This document shows, piece after piece, positions 12,615 to 24,700 of a DNA stretch of 64,000 bases (position 1 is the stretch's first letter; every line of letters starts with the position of its first letter). Location: assembly GCA_022605425.2 (NCBI GenBank), contig CM061247.1, positions 930,001-994,000 of the forward strand, given 5' to 3'. Made by a program: the position numbers and the translations under genes. The notes beneath the pieces were generated by a model. It had not been told where the DNA came from. It worked only from the letters and a program-made list of their open reading frames with translations, and did no database searches. The DNA is from Hamiltosporidium tvaerminnensis FI-OER-3-3. Its lineage: Eukaryota; Fungi; Microsporidia.

Positions 12615-13350
12615 TAGTGGAGTGAAATAAACACAATAAAAATTTTCTGCTTGGCAAGGTGTATGTGAAATTGGTGTGAATATCATTTTCTTTTTTTTGG
12701 TGAAAATAAAGTCACATTACATCTTCGGTTGTTTCATGGGAGTTTGCATTAGGTGAAAAATGTCTAGAAAATTACGAAACTTTTTCTACAAAGGTATTTT
12801 TAGTTTTTTATGCAACTGAGCAAAGGCAGCAGCTGAACTTGTAGGTAATTGCTATGTAAAAGCATGGAAACCTAGCCTTGCACACTCGGGTTAGAGAACT
12901 TAGCCCTTGAAGGATATAAAAAATATAACGAGTAGGATACCAGTGTGAGCTAAGTAGTAGGTTATATCTGTAGGTATTGTATTGCACTGTTTAGTTGAAC
13001 CCATGCAAGTTTCTGAAATATATCTTAGCTAGAAGTTTATTAGGTTCAGAAGGTGTAGAGTAAATAGTAATGCTGCATAGTCTTGGGGAAGCCCAAGGCG
13101 GACTTCGATCACACTCCAGGCAACGGATATTAACGATTTACAGGCAACTTTATGCCTATTAATTTGGTTTTACACATCTGGTAAATGAAAGGCTTTGGAA
13201 TTTAGGTATCGCAGGTATTACCGTTGGTATTTTAGGATAGCAGTTATTTTTTTTAAACCTAGAACTGCGTTAATGTTATGAAAACAAGTATAAAACTTGC
13301 CACTATTTTAAGAAGATCTGATACTTTTAAATTAAGTATAATAAATTTCA
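12615..13350 (+). repeat. Non-coding ~0.7-kb dispersed repeat, copy R3 (reference orientation)
   Basis: Reverse-complement homologue of 54230-54980 (ctgaaatatatcttagctagaagttta vs taaacttctagctaacatatatttcag) and direct homologue of 35035-35725. Confidence 0.85.
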
Positions 13351-13944
13351 AGCAAGAGGATATTCGAGATATTGTTTTTCATAAGAAAATTCAGCTTTAT
13401 ATCAATTTATATATTGTGTATTCGTCTATATAAAATTTCAAAAAATGTGTGTTCTATTTTAAAAATTACTTACTCAATTATACTCTTATTAGTTTTTTAT
13501 TTTGCAAAAATTACTGAATAGAAAAAACCAATTGGTTCTATAATACTACAAGAAATATTTAGAAAATACTAATACTATTAGATAGTTATTAAAATTTTAA
13601 AGGTTTAAAAGTTGTTTTCAAATTTAGTAAAAGAAAATTTAGGAATACATAGGTTTAAAATTGATTTTTTTGTTATAAACCAAATTTTTAAATTATTTGA
13701 TAATATATTGGAATACTTCGAATCCGAATATAGAAAATATATTAATTTTACCTTAAAGCAGCAAAAGATTTTGTAAAATAAATAATGTTTTAATCCCAGA
13801 ATGCGTCTTGTAAATTATTTGGGACAAATAAATTTTAAAAAGGTTCGGCAACATCTTTTTTCATATATTTATTCCATTTTTCTTTTGCCTCTCGATTCCG
13901 AAGATGAACGAATAAAAGTTTTTCATTTGTTACTTTAAACATTT

Positions 13945-14085
13945 TTAACTCGAAATTATAAGGGATTAACCTGTATATTTAGAGGTTTATATCCTATCAA
14001 AATACCATCAATGATTTTCAAACTAATTCTACACACTCATTACCAAGTAGATAATTTTTTAATGTGGTTATCCTCCCTCCTCTAT
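13945..14085 (-). repeat. Short terminal arm of the same repeat (r4), inverted relative to R3
   Basis: cattaccaagtagataattttttaatgtggttatcctccctcc matches the R8 terminus aattgccaagcaaatgtttttatgtgtaactatcctccctcc. Confidence 0.7.
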
Positions 14086-14240
14086 TCTGAAATGTATAAA
14101 AAATCAAAAAGAATATTACAAATACAAATACGAAGGAAGAATCAAGATTCTCTACAAATTTCTTTATATTGATTTTAAAGCAAAAAGAGATATGTCTAGG
14201 ACATATTTTTTAAATTTTTATAAATTTTCATAGAGTCATA

Positions 14241-14694
14241 TTCCTTATGCGCTGGCCTGGGGCAGTATTATGATAAACTACCATAAGTCACACATAAAAA
14301 TACTGCGATACCGTATAACGTAGAAGCTGTACACTCATTCGATATTACTTAAGAAGACAGTCTAAATAAGTTTCTTTAGTTTACGAAGAGGACTTGTGTC
14401 GGAGCTAATGCTGAAGAAAGCTAGGATTGTGTTTCGATGTGTGTTATTAAGAGATCCGAGATGTAGAGGACCAACATCTTTGTAAAATAAGCCAGTGACT
14501 ATGAACATGGTCATAAACAAATGAATTCAAAAAACAATCCCCTCCTTTAAAAGAAGTAACAACCACTATAGAGGAACCGACAATAAACATAAATGAAGAG
14601 TTTGATTTAGAAAAAGAAAAATTTCGGTAAAAGAGGTTCGAAGGAAATGTATATAAATTTGAAAATGATGTTAATCCAAAAATCTATTCAATAA
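14241..14694 (+). mobile_element. RLE non-LTR retrotransposon, 5'-truncated copy F with target-site duplication
   Basis: Encodes decayed PYALAWG...YHKSH...KKTV...EEPTININEE (the element C-terminus). Flanked by the exact direct repeat CATAGAGTCATA at 14229-14240 and 14699-14710. Confidence 0.85.
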
Positions 14695-15005
14695 AATCCA
14701 TAGAGTCATAAAATATCTTAATAATACTGTGAATAGCTTATATTTCTTTTTGGGTTATTTATTCAGAGCGAAGTATATGTAAAAAAAACATTTCCCATTT
14801 AAAATCTATTTCTATAGAATTTCTGTACGATTCTTAAATTAAAACAAAGAATTTTAGCAAAATATTTATAAAGAGGTTAATATAAAAAAAACTTAACTTT
14901 TAGAAATATTAATTAATACAAAATTAAAAATAAATAAAAATAAAATAGAATGAACATAGTAACTTTACCTTTTCGATTCGCAATGCCAACCACTTTCTAA
15001 TTCAT

Positions 15006-15719
15006 TTAAACTGCTTTTTCGTTAGCATCTTTCTTACGATTTTTCTCAATAATATAAGCAATAAAGTCCGCAATTTCATCGGTATTTTTTTCATCCAATC
15101 GATCAATTGTAAATGATAGTGACTTACTTATACTTTTGACTTTTTTATTCTCAATTTCAACGCAAAACGACTCAACCGCTATTTTATCAAGAATATTTAA
15201 AAATACAATCCAGGTGCTGTTTTCATCATGGGGAACATCTAATCTTGCCTTTATAAATGCTGTTAATTTTTTAACAGATACCATCGTTTGTTTTTTCTTC
15301 AGAAGAAGGCCGACCTTGGCAAAAAAACCCGGATCATCGGGCAAAGAAGGCTTTTCCATAGTAACAACATCGTTAGGATCTTCTTTTGGCAAATTTTCTT
15401 TAATTTGTACGAAATCATCTATTTTTTGTGCTTTCAAAGCCTCTAACAATGCATTGCGATCATTTTCATCATTAGTAAGCAAAACATTGAAATTGATTTT
15501 GTCATCATTGGGTGTAAACATAGCGATCTTTTCTTTTTTTAACAAGGCCGCAAAATTTTTGAATGTTACTGATTCTGATATTTTTTTATAATCTGACTCA
15601 AGATTTTCTATAAATTTATTTGCCGATCTATAGGAAATGAATCCAAAAATACCTAATGCCAATAATACCGCGAGTAGCGAAGAAGAAATTAATATAATCG
15701 GTTTTGTCATAATTTTCAT
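15006..15719 (-). CDS. Hypothetical protein with N-terminal signal anchor/TM helix
   Basis: 237-aa ORF with hydrophobic IILISSSLLAVLLALGIFGFISY near the N-terminus. GAAGGG-ATG context. Confidence 0.85.
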   Translation of the reverse strand: MKIMTKPIILISSSLLAVLLALGIFGFISYRSANKFIENLESDYKKISESVTFKNFAALLKKEKIAMFTPNDDKINFNVLLTNDENDRNALLEALKAQKIDDFVQIKENLPKEDPNDVVTMEKPSLPDDPGFFAKVGLLLKKKQTMVSVKKLTAFIKARLDVPHDENSTWIVFLNILDKIAVESFCVEIENKKVKSISKSLSFTIDRLDEKNTDEIADFIAYIIEKNRKKDANEKAV

Positions 15720-17860
15720 CCCTTCATATTTTATTTTGTTTATATAGTCAAGAGAAGCTTTATCAGGTTATCAAGATTGTGATAACTCTAAAAATGAAAA
15801 CCCAAATCGATTCGATTAATTAACGATTTAAAATCTTAATTGGTTTATGAAGTCATAAAAAGAAGGGGTTTTTTATGATTATAATTGATTGTTCAAATAA
15901 TTTTGATTTAATACAAATAAAGATATTCTTTACAATCAAAAGCACAAATAAAATAAAGTTCTTCTAATCTAAATTTAACACAGTTATCTTCGAACTTTAT
16001 TTCAAAGGTTAAATTTGATTTTTATAAAATTATGTTTCATAAAAACCAACGCTAATGACGTTAATTTTTGTTTAAATACATTTGAAACTCTAATTCAATA
16101 GATTCTTGATAGAAATTTGTTTTAAGAAAATTTCACTTAATAATCGCATTTTTTTGGTTGTTTAGAAGCAATCATTTTATTGCTAAAAAATACAAAAAAT
16201 CAGTTTTTTTTATAAAAACGATGTTTAAATAAATATTTAAAAGTTAAAATTCCACTACAAATATAGTATCACAAAAGTAAATTCATATATTGATGAATAT
16301 ATTTCAGAATTTCTCTTTTCTTTAGTATAGACATCTAAATAATCTTATTTTGCTTTTCCTGCTTAATAAACTATAATTATTTACCGACGATTTTAAGATG
16401 AATATAAACGAACCGCTTTAATATATTCAAAATCTACCGTGAAATTAACACAATGCTATGTTTTTCTTTGACACCAAAAATCATTTTGTATGGTATTTTT
16501 TTCAAGTTGGATTTTAAAAGAATAAATTTCATTTCAAAATTTCAATTAATCGAATTTAAAAAAGCTCTAATGAACTCACTTATGGCTACCACATCAAGGC
16601 TTCTTTTATATCAGACTTTTGTGTAATTTGAATTAAAAGCATTCAAATATTTATTAATGTATTTTTCCGGTTTCGAAATATTATGTTTCTATTTACTTAA
16701 CACCATTGCTTATAAGTATGTTTTACTTGTATTCTTGCCTCGTAAAAAACATTCTTATTTAATATTTTGCTTTTATTTACATTGCCTATTGATTGAACTG
16801 CTTCGTCTAACAAAAAATATAGGATAGCCTGTATTTCTGAATATAAACGAGTACAGACCATTCTTATTCTTGAGAGAAGCTTCTAAATTATAAAAAATGG
16901 TAATTTGTAATAATAACCATAGAATTTAGCACATTAGGAATCTTATTTGGAAAAGCATATCAAATAGAATTAGATCAAATTCTAATAAGTTTAATTTGAG
17001 ATAACATTAAGTCATCAGTTGGGAATTAATCTTGAAAGTTAATCTGAAGTAAATAATAAAAATTTTTTTTAATTTTTTATTCAACAAAATATCTGGTTTG
17101 ATATTAAAATTGAGATATTGTTTTTATTGTGGTTTTCTCTCTTATTTTACATTTAGTCTTTTCTAAAAAAAATAACTTATTGACTTTAGTTCGTCTTGTA
17201 TTCCTAAATTTTATATATATTCAAGAAAAAAATAGGCAAAAAATCTACCAATTTACTTTCATGTTTAATATTATCGTATTCCAACATATTTTAACCTTAA
17301 TTTTTTATTACATTTTCGTTTTTAGAGTAGAGTGTTTGCGATTTGACACTTATATTTCCTTCCCTTGATAATAGTTCGCTATGAATATGTCAGAACATAC
17401 CTTTCATCAATATAATATTTTCTAGAAAATATTTTTTAGATTAATAAATCATGTTTAAATCCTTAAATATGTTTCAATTTGGTTGTTTTGTATTATATTT
17501 CATTTTATTAAGAATTGGTTGACTTTAAATAATATATAAATTATAAATTTGATGACTTACTTTAATCATTTACGATAAAAGGACTTATTAAAACAAGAAA
17601 ATTGGATTACTTTGTTCAGTTCAAAATTTTTATTTAGAGTACTAATGCCTTTTAAAATAAAAATTATATTATTATTTTCAAACTATTTTTACACTAAAAA
17701 TTTATTTTTTTAATATGATTCAACCAGAAAACCGTTAAAATGAAAGCTAAAAAACAGATTTAAAAAATTACTTTTTCTTTTTTAAAAATTTATTTCACAC
17801 AAGAATTTTATTTTACGAAAAAAATTGTATTAAAAAAACCTTTTTTTATCCCTCATTCCA

Positions 17861-19519
17861 ATGTATAAAATCGAAGAAGTGAGAAAAATACATAATTCTG
17901 ATATAAAAGATGTATCGGTTTTCGATGATTATATTGCTACTTCAAGTAGAGATGGGAGTGTAAAGGTAACAAACATAAATTTTTCACTGAACATTGAAAG
18001 GTTTCCTAATTGTGGATATGTAAATTCTTTAAAACTTTTTAAAGATAGCATTCTGAGTTTATTCTGTGGATGTCAAAATGGTGCTTTGGTTTTTTATGAA
18101 GATATTCTCAACAATGAAAATCCGATATTTTTTCTTGGTCACAATCAAAATATTTGTTCTGTAGATGTTTATAATAAATATGTTATAAGTAGTTCGTGGG
18201 ATTGTTCTGTAAAAATTTGGGACATAATTTCACATACCGAGGTGTATAATTTGATACATGAACAGACAGTTTGGGATTCTAAATTTATTTCAGAGACTAA
18301 ATTTGTTACCGTGTGTGCAGATAAGATTATAAGAATCTTTGAAAAGTCTTCTGTTATTCAACAGTTTAGTTATCATGTTGAATGTATAAGAAGTGTTTTT
18401 GTTAATGAAAAATATATTTTTAGTGTTTCAAATGCTGGTAAAGTTATAAAAAGTGATTTTTTTGGTAGAATTTTGAAAACAAAAAATTTTAAGGAGTTTG
18501 TTTACAAAATTTCCTGCAATAAAAATTCATTTATTTTTTCAGGTGAAAACGGATTGGTTGCTGTGACAGATGAAAATTTTAAAAACTGTTTTACTATAAA
18601 AGTACCATCAATAAGTATCTGGTGTGCAGTTTTATCCGATGAAAAAATATATGCAGCTGCAAGTGATGGGAATCTTTATGTTTATTCAAGTTTAAGGACG
18701 CTGAATTCGGAAAAAAATAAAATTTCTGAAGCTGAAATATCAAATCGAATAATTAATGAAAAAGGCGGACAAAGCACTCAGACTGGATCTCCTTCGGAAG
18801 ATAAAAGCTTTAAATTAAAAGATCCCAATTACAAAGTTGTAAACGGACAGCTTTTGAATTTAGTAGATAATAAATGGGTTGTAGTAGGAGACGTTGTAGA
18901 AAATCCAACTGAAAAACAGTTCGATCACACATTTGAAGTAGAGGTAGATGGTAAACACCTTCCTTTATCATTTAATAAGGATGAAAATGTTTTTAATGTG
19001 GCAGACAGATTCATAAAAAATCACAAGCTTAATTCTAATTATCGAGATGATATTGTAGCATTTATTAATAAAAACTTTAAAAAAAATGGCGAATATTTTA
19101 TTTATGAAGGACTTAATTTAGAAGGAATTCAAAAAAATATTTGTACTTTTGAAGGATCTGAAATCATAATTGAAAATTTAAAAAATCCAAGCCATAAAAA
19201 TAGTGAGGTGGTGGAGGAAATATTACTGAAAATGTTCGGTCAACTACAAAAAGGACAAAGATTTGTGATTTTGGACTGTTTTAAATTTTTTGTCGCAAAA
19301 TATTATTCATTTGATTTTTCATTTCTACTTGATTTGGATATTTTCGGACAAAAAGAAGCTTTGGCTTTTACAAGACTTTTAGTTAATCTTTATTTTGAAC
19401 CACCGTTTGATTTGGAGGTTTTTCATTCTAAAATTAAATATTTTGTTGATAATGGTTATATTGATGAAAAAACAAGAGATAATTATGAAAAAAATAGGCA
19501 GATAAGAAAAAAAAAGTAA
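17861..19519 (+). CDS. DOA1: Doa1/Ufd3/PLAA, WD40-PFU ubiquitin-binding Cdc48 cofactor
   Basis: WD40 repeats (GHNQNICSV...SSSWDCSVKIWD) and a PFU domain (WVVVGDVV...FDHTFEVEVDGKHLPLSFNKDENVFNVADRFI...IVAFI). CCC at 17850-17852. TAAATAAA at the stop. Confidence 0.92.
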   Translation: MYKIEEVRKIHNSDIKDVSVFDDYIATSSRDGSVKVTNINFSLNIERFPNCGYVNSLKLFKDSILSLFCGCQNGALVFYEDILNNENPIFFLGHNQNICSVDVYNKYVISSSWDCSVKIWDIISHTEVYNLIHEQTVWDSKFISETKFVTVCADKIIRIFEKSSVIQQFSYHVECIRSVFVNEKYIFSVSNAGKVIKSDFFGRILKTKNFKEFVYKISCNKNSFIFSGENGLVAVTDENFKNCFTIKVPSISIWCAVLSDEKIYAAASDGNLYVYSSLRTLNSEKNKISEAEISNRIINEKGGQSTQTGSPSEDKSFKLKDPNYKVVNGQLLNLVDNKWVVVGDVVENPTEKQFDHTFEVEVDGKHLPLSFNKDENVFNVADRFIKNHKLNSNYRDDIVAFINKNFKKNGEYFIYEGLNLEGIQKNICTFEGSEIIIENLKNPSHKNSEVVEEILLKMFGQLQKGQRFVILDCFKFFVAKYYSFDFSFLLDLDIFGQKEALAFTRLLVNLYFEPPFDLEVFHSKIKYFVDNGYIDEKTRDNYEKNRQIRKKK

Positions 19520-20199
19520 ATAAATATTTTTAGTACGAATTTTTTTTATTTATTAATGAATTTCTATTTAATGAAGAACTTATTCCATAAAAACAAGAAA
19601 ATCATTTGCAAATAAGCATACAAATGCTATTTTGTAACAATTTATACATCCAAATCCATTAAATCAACCAATTTTATCTTGAGAAATTTTTTCTTCGTTT
19701 ACAGTTTTCCCTATTTTTCCAATTTTATTTTATTTTTAAGAAAACAAAAATAAAGACAAAAAGCAATCACTAAGAAATTTAAAGTAAAGGAAAACATAGA
19801 ATATACTCTCCTGTAGATACAAACGACGTATGCTAAGAAATAGTTTTTATTCGTTTATTTTGTTGTCAAGGTGAGATAATGCATCATGAAGGTACTTCCC
19901 TTCGTATTGTATTTTATCACCTGTTCTATTATTCCCCCTTGCTGTTAATAATGAATATATACTAGAAATGTCATGGTTCAGACCAATACCATTATCTTCA
20001 ACTTTAAAATTAAAAAATATCAAATAAATCCTTGTAATCAGATTTTTATATTATTTTTGCTTGGTTTAGTAAAGATTCTTATTAAAATCTACGTATTTTT
20101 TTATTGTTATTTTTGTTTGCATCTCCTTGTTAAATTGAATAAACCAAGGTAAAAGTATGTGAATAAAAACATTTACTTTGTTTAAAGCATTAAAAAAAG

Positions 20200-21790
20200 A
20201 ATTATAGGAAAAAAATGTTGGTAGAGGAAAACAAAAAAAATAAAATAAATGCGGCAAATGACGCTGATGAAGTCAAAAATAGTGCAGAAGACTGAGGAAC
20301 ATCTACAGGAGAATTCATCACCTCGTCTTCATATTTAATAAATACCATCTACTACCAAGCCAAACATGCAATTAATGCAAAAAAATAGGCTTTAACCATT
20401 ATATTCCCATAATACAATACCCTCTCTTCAGTTGCTGTCTATGCGTACGAGCCATTCTACGATATAACAATCTCTTGTATCTAGCGATTGCAGAGGGTAA
20501 ACGGCCTATGACACTGCTGATAGTACTTGATTCCGTTACAGACGATGTGGAGGAAATATCTCATATTGTTCTTTTTGCAGTATAAACAAGGTTTAAAGAA
20601 TATCCCAAGATGGTTGAACAGAAAATCAGTGGTACTCAATACGCATTTCAGCTGCCTTGTATCTTTTAATGTGATATAAAAATTTCCACTGAATGTGACG
20701 AAAAAACGAAGTAAAATCAAAACAAGAAAGAGATGCGGCATGCAATCGCCTATTTTATCCCTGAAGTATGTTCCCCGTCTGCACTAAGGAGTACATAAAC
20801 TCGAAAAGTAGGCTTTTGAATAAAATCAAGACGCCTTGGTACAGAAACTTGGAAATGTAGTGATCCGAACTCGAAAACAGCCAAGTGAATTGATTAAAGG
20901 CAAAGCTCTGGATCTCATTTTTTTGGTATAGTCAGTGAGTATGTCGATTCTCATGTATTCGAGTCAATTTCAAACGCAACACATCCTGCAAGTTGAGTAA
21001 GATACTATTGCGAGACAACACGCAAAACGAAGCCTAGATCTTCTTATTTTGAAACATAGGGAGTAATATCTCTAAGTCAAGGCTGTTTAAAGATTTCGGC
21101 TAGCGATTTCATAGGCAGAAGAAACTATCTGCTTCGAGAACAAAAATCCTTAAGAAAATTATGCAAGATTTTACTGTACTTAAGCTGAAAAAGAGATTTT
21201 TCTGAGACTTTGTTATTAGAATATGTCTTGGAATGTCTATATTTAAAAATTAATTTGCAAAACATATTTTTCCGAGACTTTAGTAAGAAGAATAAGTTTG
21301 GAATGTCTACATTTAAAAACTTAAGATGTATAAAAGTAGAAAGCATTACCGAAAATAGAATCTTATGTTTCGGGTGTTCTTTTGTTAATCATATTCGTAG
21401 TAATTAGCATGTTAAAACCGAGAAAATGCTTAGTGCGATAAAATCGAGAGTTTTAGTCTACAAGAAAAAAAAATGATGAAAAGTCACGTAGGATAAATAT
21501 TCGATGCAATCTGTATCAAATCATTCGAGTATGTTTCCTTTGTTAATTTCTAAGTATCATTAATTAGCTGCCATTTGGAAAGCTTTGGAATTAATAGTTT
21601 TTTTTTGTTTCTTTATCAAGACACTTACAACTATTAAGAAATATCTTTCTGCCATTAGGATCGTTATTTCTTTCGAAGACACGATTCAAGCTGGTTAATT
21701 ATTTACTACTCGCGTAGTGAATTCTGTAAAGAGTTTTAAAAGAATCTCTGACCACAAGTCAATTGCTTGCATTCTAACTTTTATAAGAAT
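20200..21790 (+). mobile_element. RLE non-LTR retrotransposon, old copy C (5' half)
   Basis: gcggcaaatgacgctgatgaagtc (AANDADEV), gtgatccgaactcgaaaacagccaagtgaa (VIRTRKQPSE) and decayed WKAAG and SDYRPITC segments, collinear with copies A and B. Confidence 0.8.
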
Positions 21791-24700
21791 TCAAGAAATT
21801 TAGAACCGAGAATCTTTCTTCAGAAGGCGAATAAGCGATAGTTTACGTCGAACTAATTTTAAACGGTAAGAGAGCACAAAGCGCCGATTATCTAGTCCTA
21901 CATAATGGAATCAGAAATTAAAGCCGACAAGTCGGGTTCGATCTCGGTTTGCACAACCTTTATCTTTCGTCAAGAATGTTTGGATTAGACTGAAACCTAA
22001 TGAGTCAAAAAAATGTCTGATTACTGCGTAAAGCTTAACTAAGTTATGATTTATCGTTGGATTGTGTTCTATCCTAGAGAAAAAGCGACGATTAAGTATA
22101 AAATAAATAACTGCTCGTTTATCAGATAGGGTATTAGATAACTACGTGTGAAAATACTACAACCCAAATCTAAATCTGTAATCTTTTTAAATTTTTTTTT
22201 TTAAACTTTTTGAATGAATCTTGGGAACTACTTTCTATAAAACATGTGTAATTTTTTACTTTTATCTAAAATTCTAAACTTGATTTGGTTTTTTTTCTAG
22301 TGTCGACTCTTCTTTCTGCATGGTCCTTTTCGAGGCTTTCTTACTTTTTGTGACTTTTGAGTTATTTTGAAGATTTATATTTATATCTATTTAGAAGAGG
22401 AAGGTTCAGCTATGTAACCATGTAATGATATCATATAGTTTAGTTTCATCGATCATTTCTCACCTAGAACCTCTATATGCTCAACTATTTTACACAATTG
22501 TTGCAGTAATGAAAACTACAATCTTCTCCTTAAAATACGTTTCTATCTTAGATAAGGCTGAAAAATGCTCTATCTAGTGATCTAATCTTCTTTATATCAG
22601 TCCACTTAGAAGATTATCCAACACACAAAACCACGGTTCTCTGCTTTAATAACTGCGTTTTAGTTTTTTCATTTTCGACAATAATTTTGTAAGTTAAGTT
22701 TTCTATAGACACTTTTTATGGGCTTCTTCTGCTCTATAGTTCAAATTTAAAATTATCTTTGTTCATACAAGTTGGATTTTAATACTATTCTCCTTCGTCA
22801 GAATTTCGCTCTTCGAATTGATATATTTCTAGTACTTTGTAACGTTTCTAGAGTTTTTATAGCATACATTGCACTTGCAACTAAGAAAAATTTAGGTTTT
22901 CCAAGTTGATTTGTGAAAGATACAAACGCTTTTTGCATCTCAGTTTTGAGTTGATCTTATAATTTTTAGTCATAAAGAACGTCCTAGACCATAAATTTAA
23001 GAGTATTAAGCCGGTTACAGTTGAGATTATCTAATGGGGGTTTATGAATATGGCTTATTCATTAATTAATTATAAATTTATATCAAGCAATATAGGGTTC
23101 GGAATATTCGATCAGTCCTTATTAATTTGCTTAATTTTGACAAAAAGCTCTTTAGTTTCCTCTGCTATCATTTTTCAAATATTTTTTTAGGAATTATAAG
23201 ATTTTAGACCAGAAGTAGTAAATTCTGATAACAAATCTCATTTCAGGCAAACTTATTTTTGTTTATGACTAATCAAATTACTTTAAAATATCATTTGATC
23301 TTTCCTGTTATAAATTCCTATGTATAACGGTCTTTTGCGAAGAGCTAATAATCATCGATTAACTGGAGATGATTGGATCCGTAAGAAATTTATCATGCCT
23401 TATTCTGTCTTTTTGGCATTTACCTTCGGTGAATGATTCCATAGATTTATAAAACATGAAAAAAACGAAAAATCTATGTCTTTACAAATTTTCTCCCTCA
23501 ATATTTTTGCTATTTGTTTCTCAGGGCTTATTCTAATTCAATTTTTTAGTTTAATAGTGTTATCTTGATAAATTTAATATTAAATCTAGTAAACTGAGAA
23601 ATCGAATGCATAAACAAATGACACGATCCGTAAATATATATTGTTTTTGCACCAATTCACCTAAACGGTCTGCTTTTATCTAATCTTTTTTTTTAAAAAA
23701 ACGTTTTATAATACCCTTTGTTTCCTATTAGTCAACTTATTACAACCTTCAAAAGGTTATCTACTTGTAAGTCGAATTTCTAGAGAAATAAACACCTTTA
23801 TTTACATATTTTCTTGTTTAATAATAGACATTAAAAATAGGGTCATTCACCTGCAGTAAGCACCTCTTGGTGATGTTTTTTTTTTGAATCTGAATGTAAG
23901 CCTGCGGTAGAACAATCAGCTTGAGGCATACATTCTTAGCATTTACTTTTTATACTATTATAAAATATTTGAGAAAAGCTCTACGTAAGTGTTTAAGAAC
24001 GGTTGTTTACAGCTGCTTTCCGGTTAAAAAGCCGATTAATAAGCATAAACCCTTCTACATAAAGGAAATATATCTGAAGGGTTATGTTATTCAATAGAAT
24101 GTATAATTGGCATACATGACTGTGTCATCGTTTTCGTAGCCAATTTAGACCGAAAACTATCAGTTTTATTACGACTAATCCCATGCTGTGATGCAACACG
24201 CTCAGATAACTCGATAAACTCGACCTCACAACAGCTCTTAGCATACATTTCTTTCTTCAGAATTGCTTCCTACTTTGTGCATCTGGTTTTTTTCTCGTAA
24301 ATATTCAAAGACTTCTTTTCCTTGATTAAAGCCTCGGGAAGATAAGTAGCACTGCATAAAACGAAATTAAACTCTCGCATGATTTTCTTGAGGCTTTATT
24401 ATTTTGAAGTTGAGAACTATCCTTGCATATGAGTCTCAAGAAATTTTTTCGGAACGTATCAACTTAGAAATTTTACTTAGTATATTTTTCTTCCAAGCAA
24501 AACGAGCTATACTTTACATCTTGCTTGTCAAAACATACCTGCGCAGCTTGCACGATATCCACGGCGTCCGCAAGTGACTATGTGACCCGAGACCCCGTAT
24601 ATTTACAAAATATTGGATTATTGGGATACGGAAGTTCGCCATAAAGGTTTTCATTTGGATGTTTCTAGTACATGCAGCCTTTTTTTAATTTCTTGCTCCA

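Noticed and set aside
14100-14228. Possible 5' extension of copy F (caagattctctacaaatt resembles QDSLQI)
   Set aside because: Lies outside the exact TSD that bounds copy F and is too short to support on its own.
15136-15591. 151-aa + strand ORF
   Set aside because: Antisense shadow of the real gene at 15006-15719.
21881-21955. tRNA-Gly-like stretch (GCGCCGATT...GGGTTCGATCTCGG...GCACA)
   Set aside because: The acceptor stem is mismatched and there is no anticodon stem. The segment is collinear with the expected minus-strand tail of retrotransposon copy D, which explains it more simply. tRNAscan-SE would settle it.
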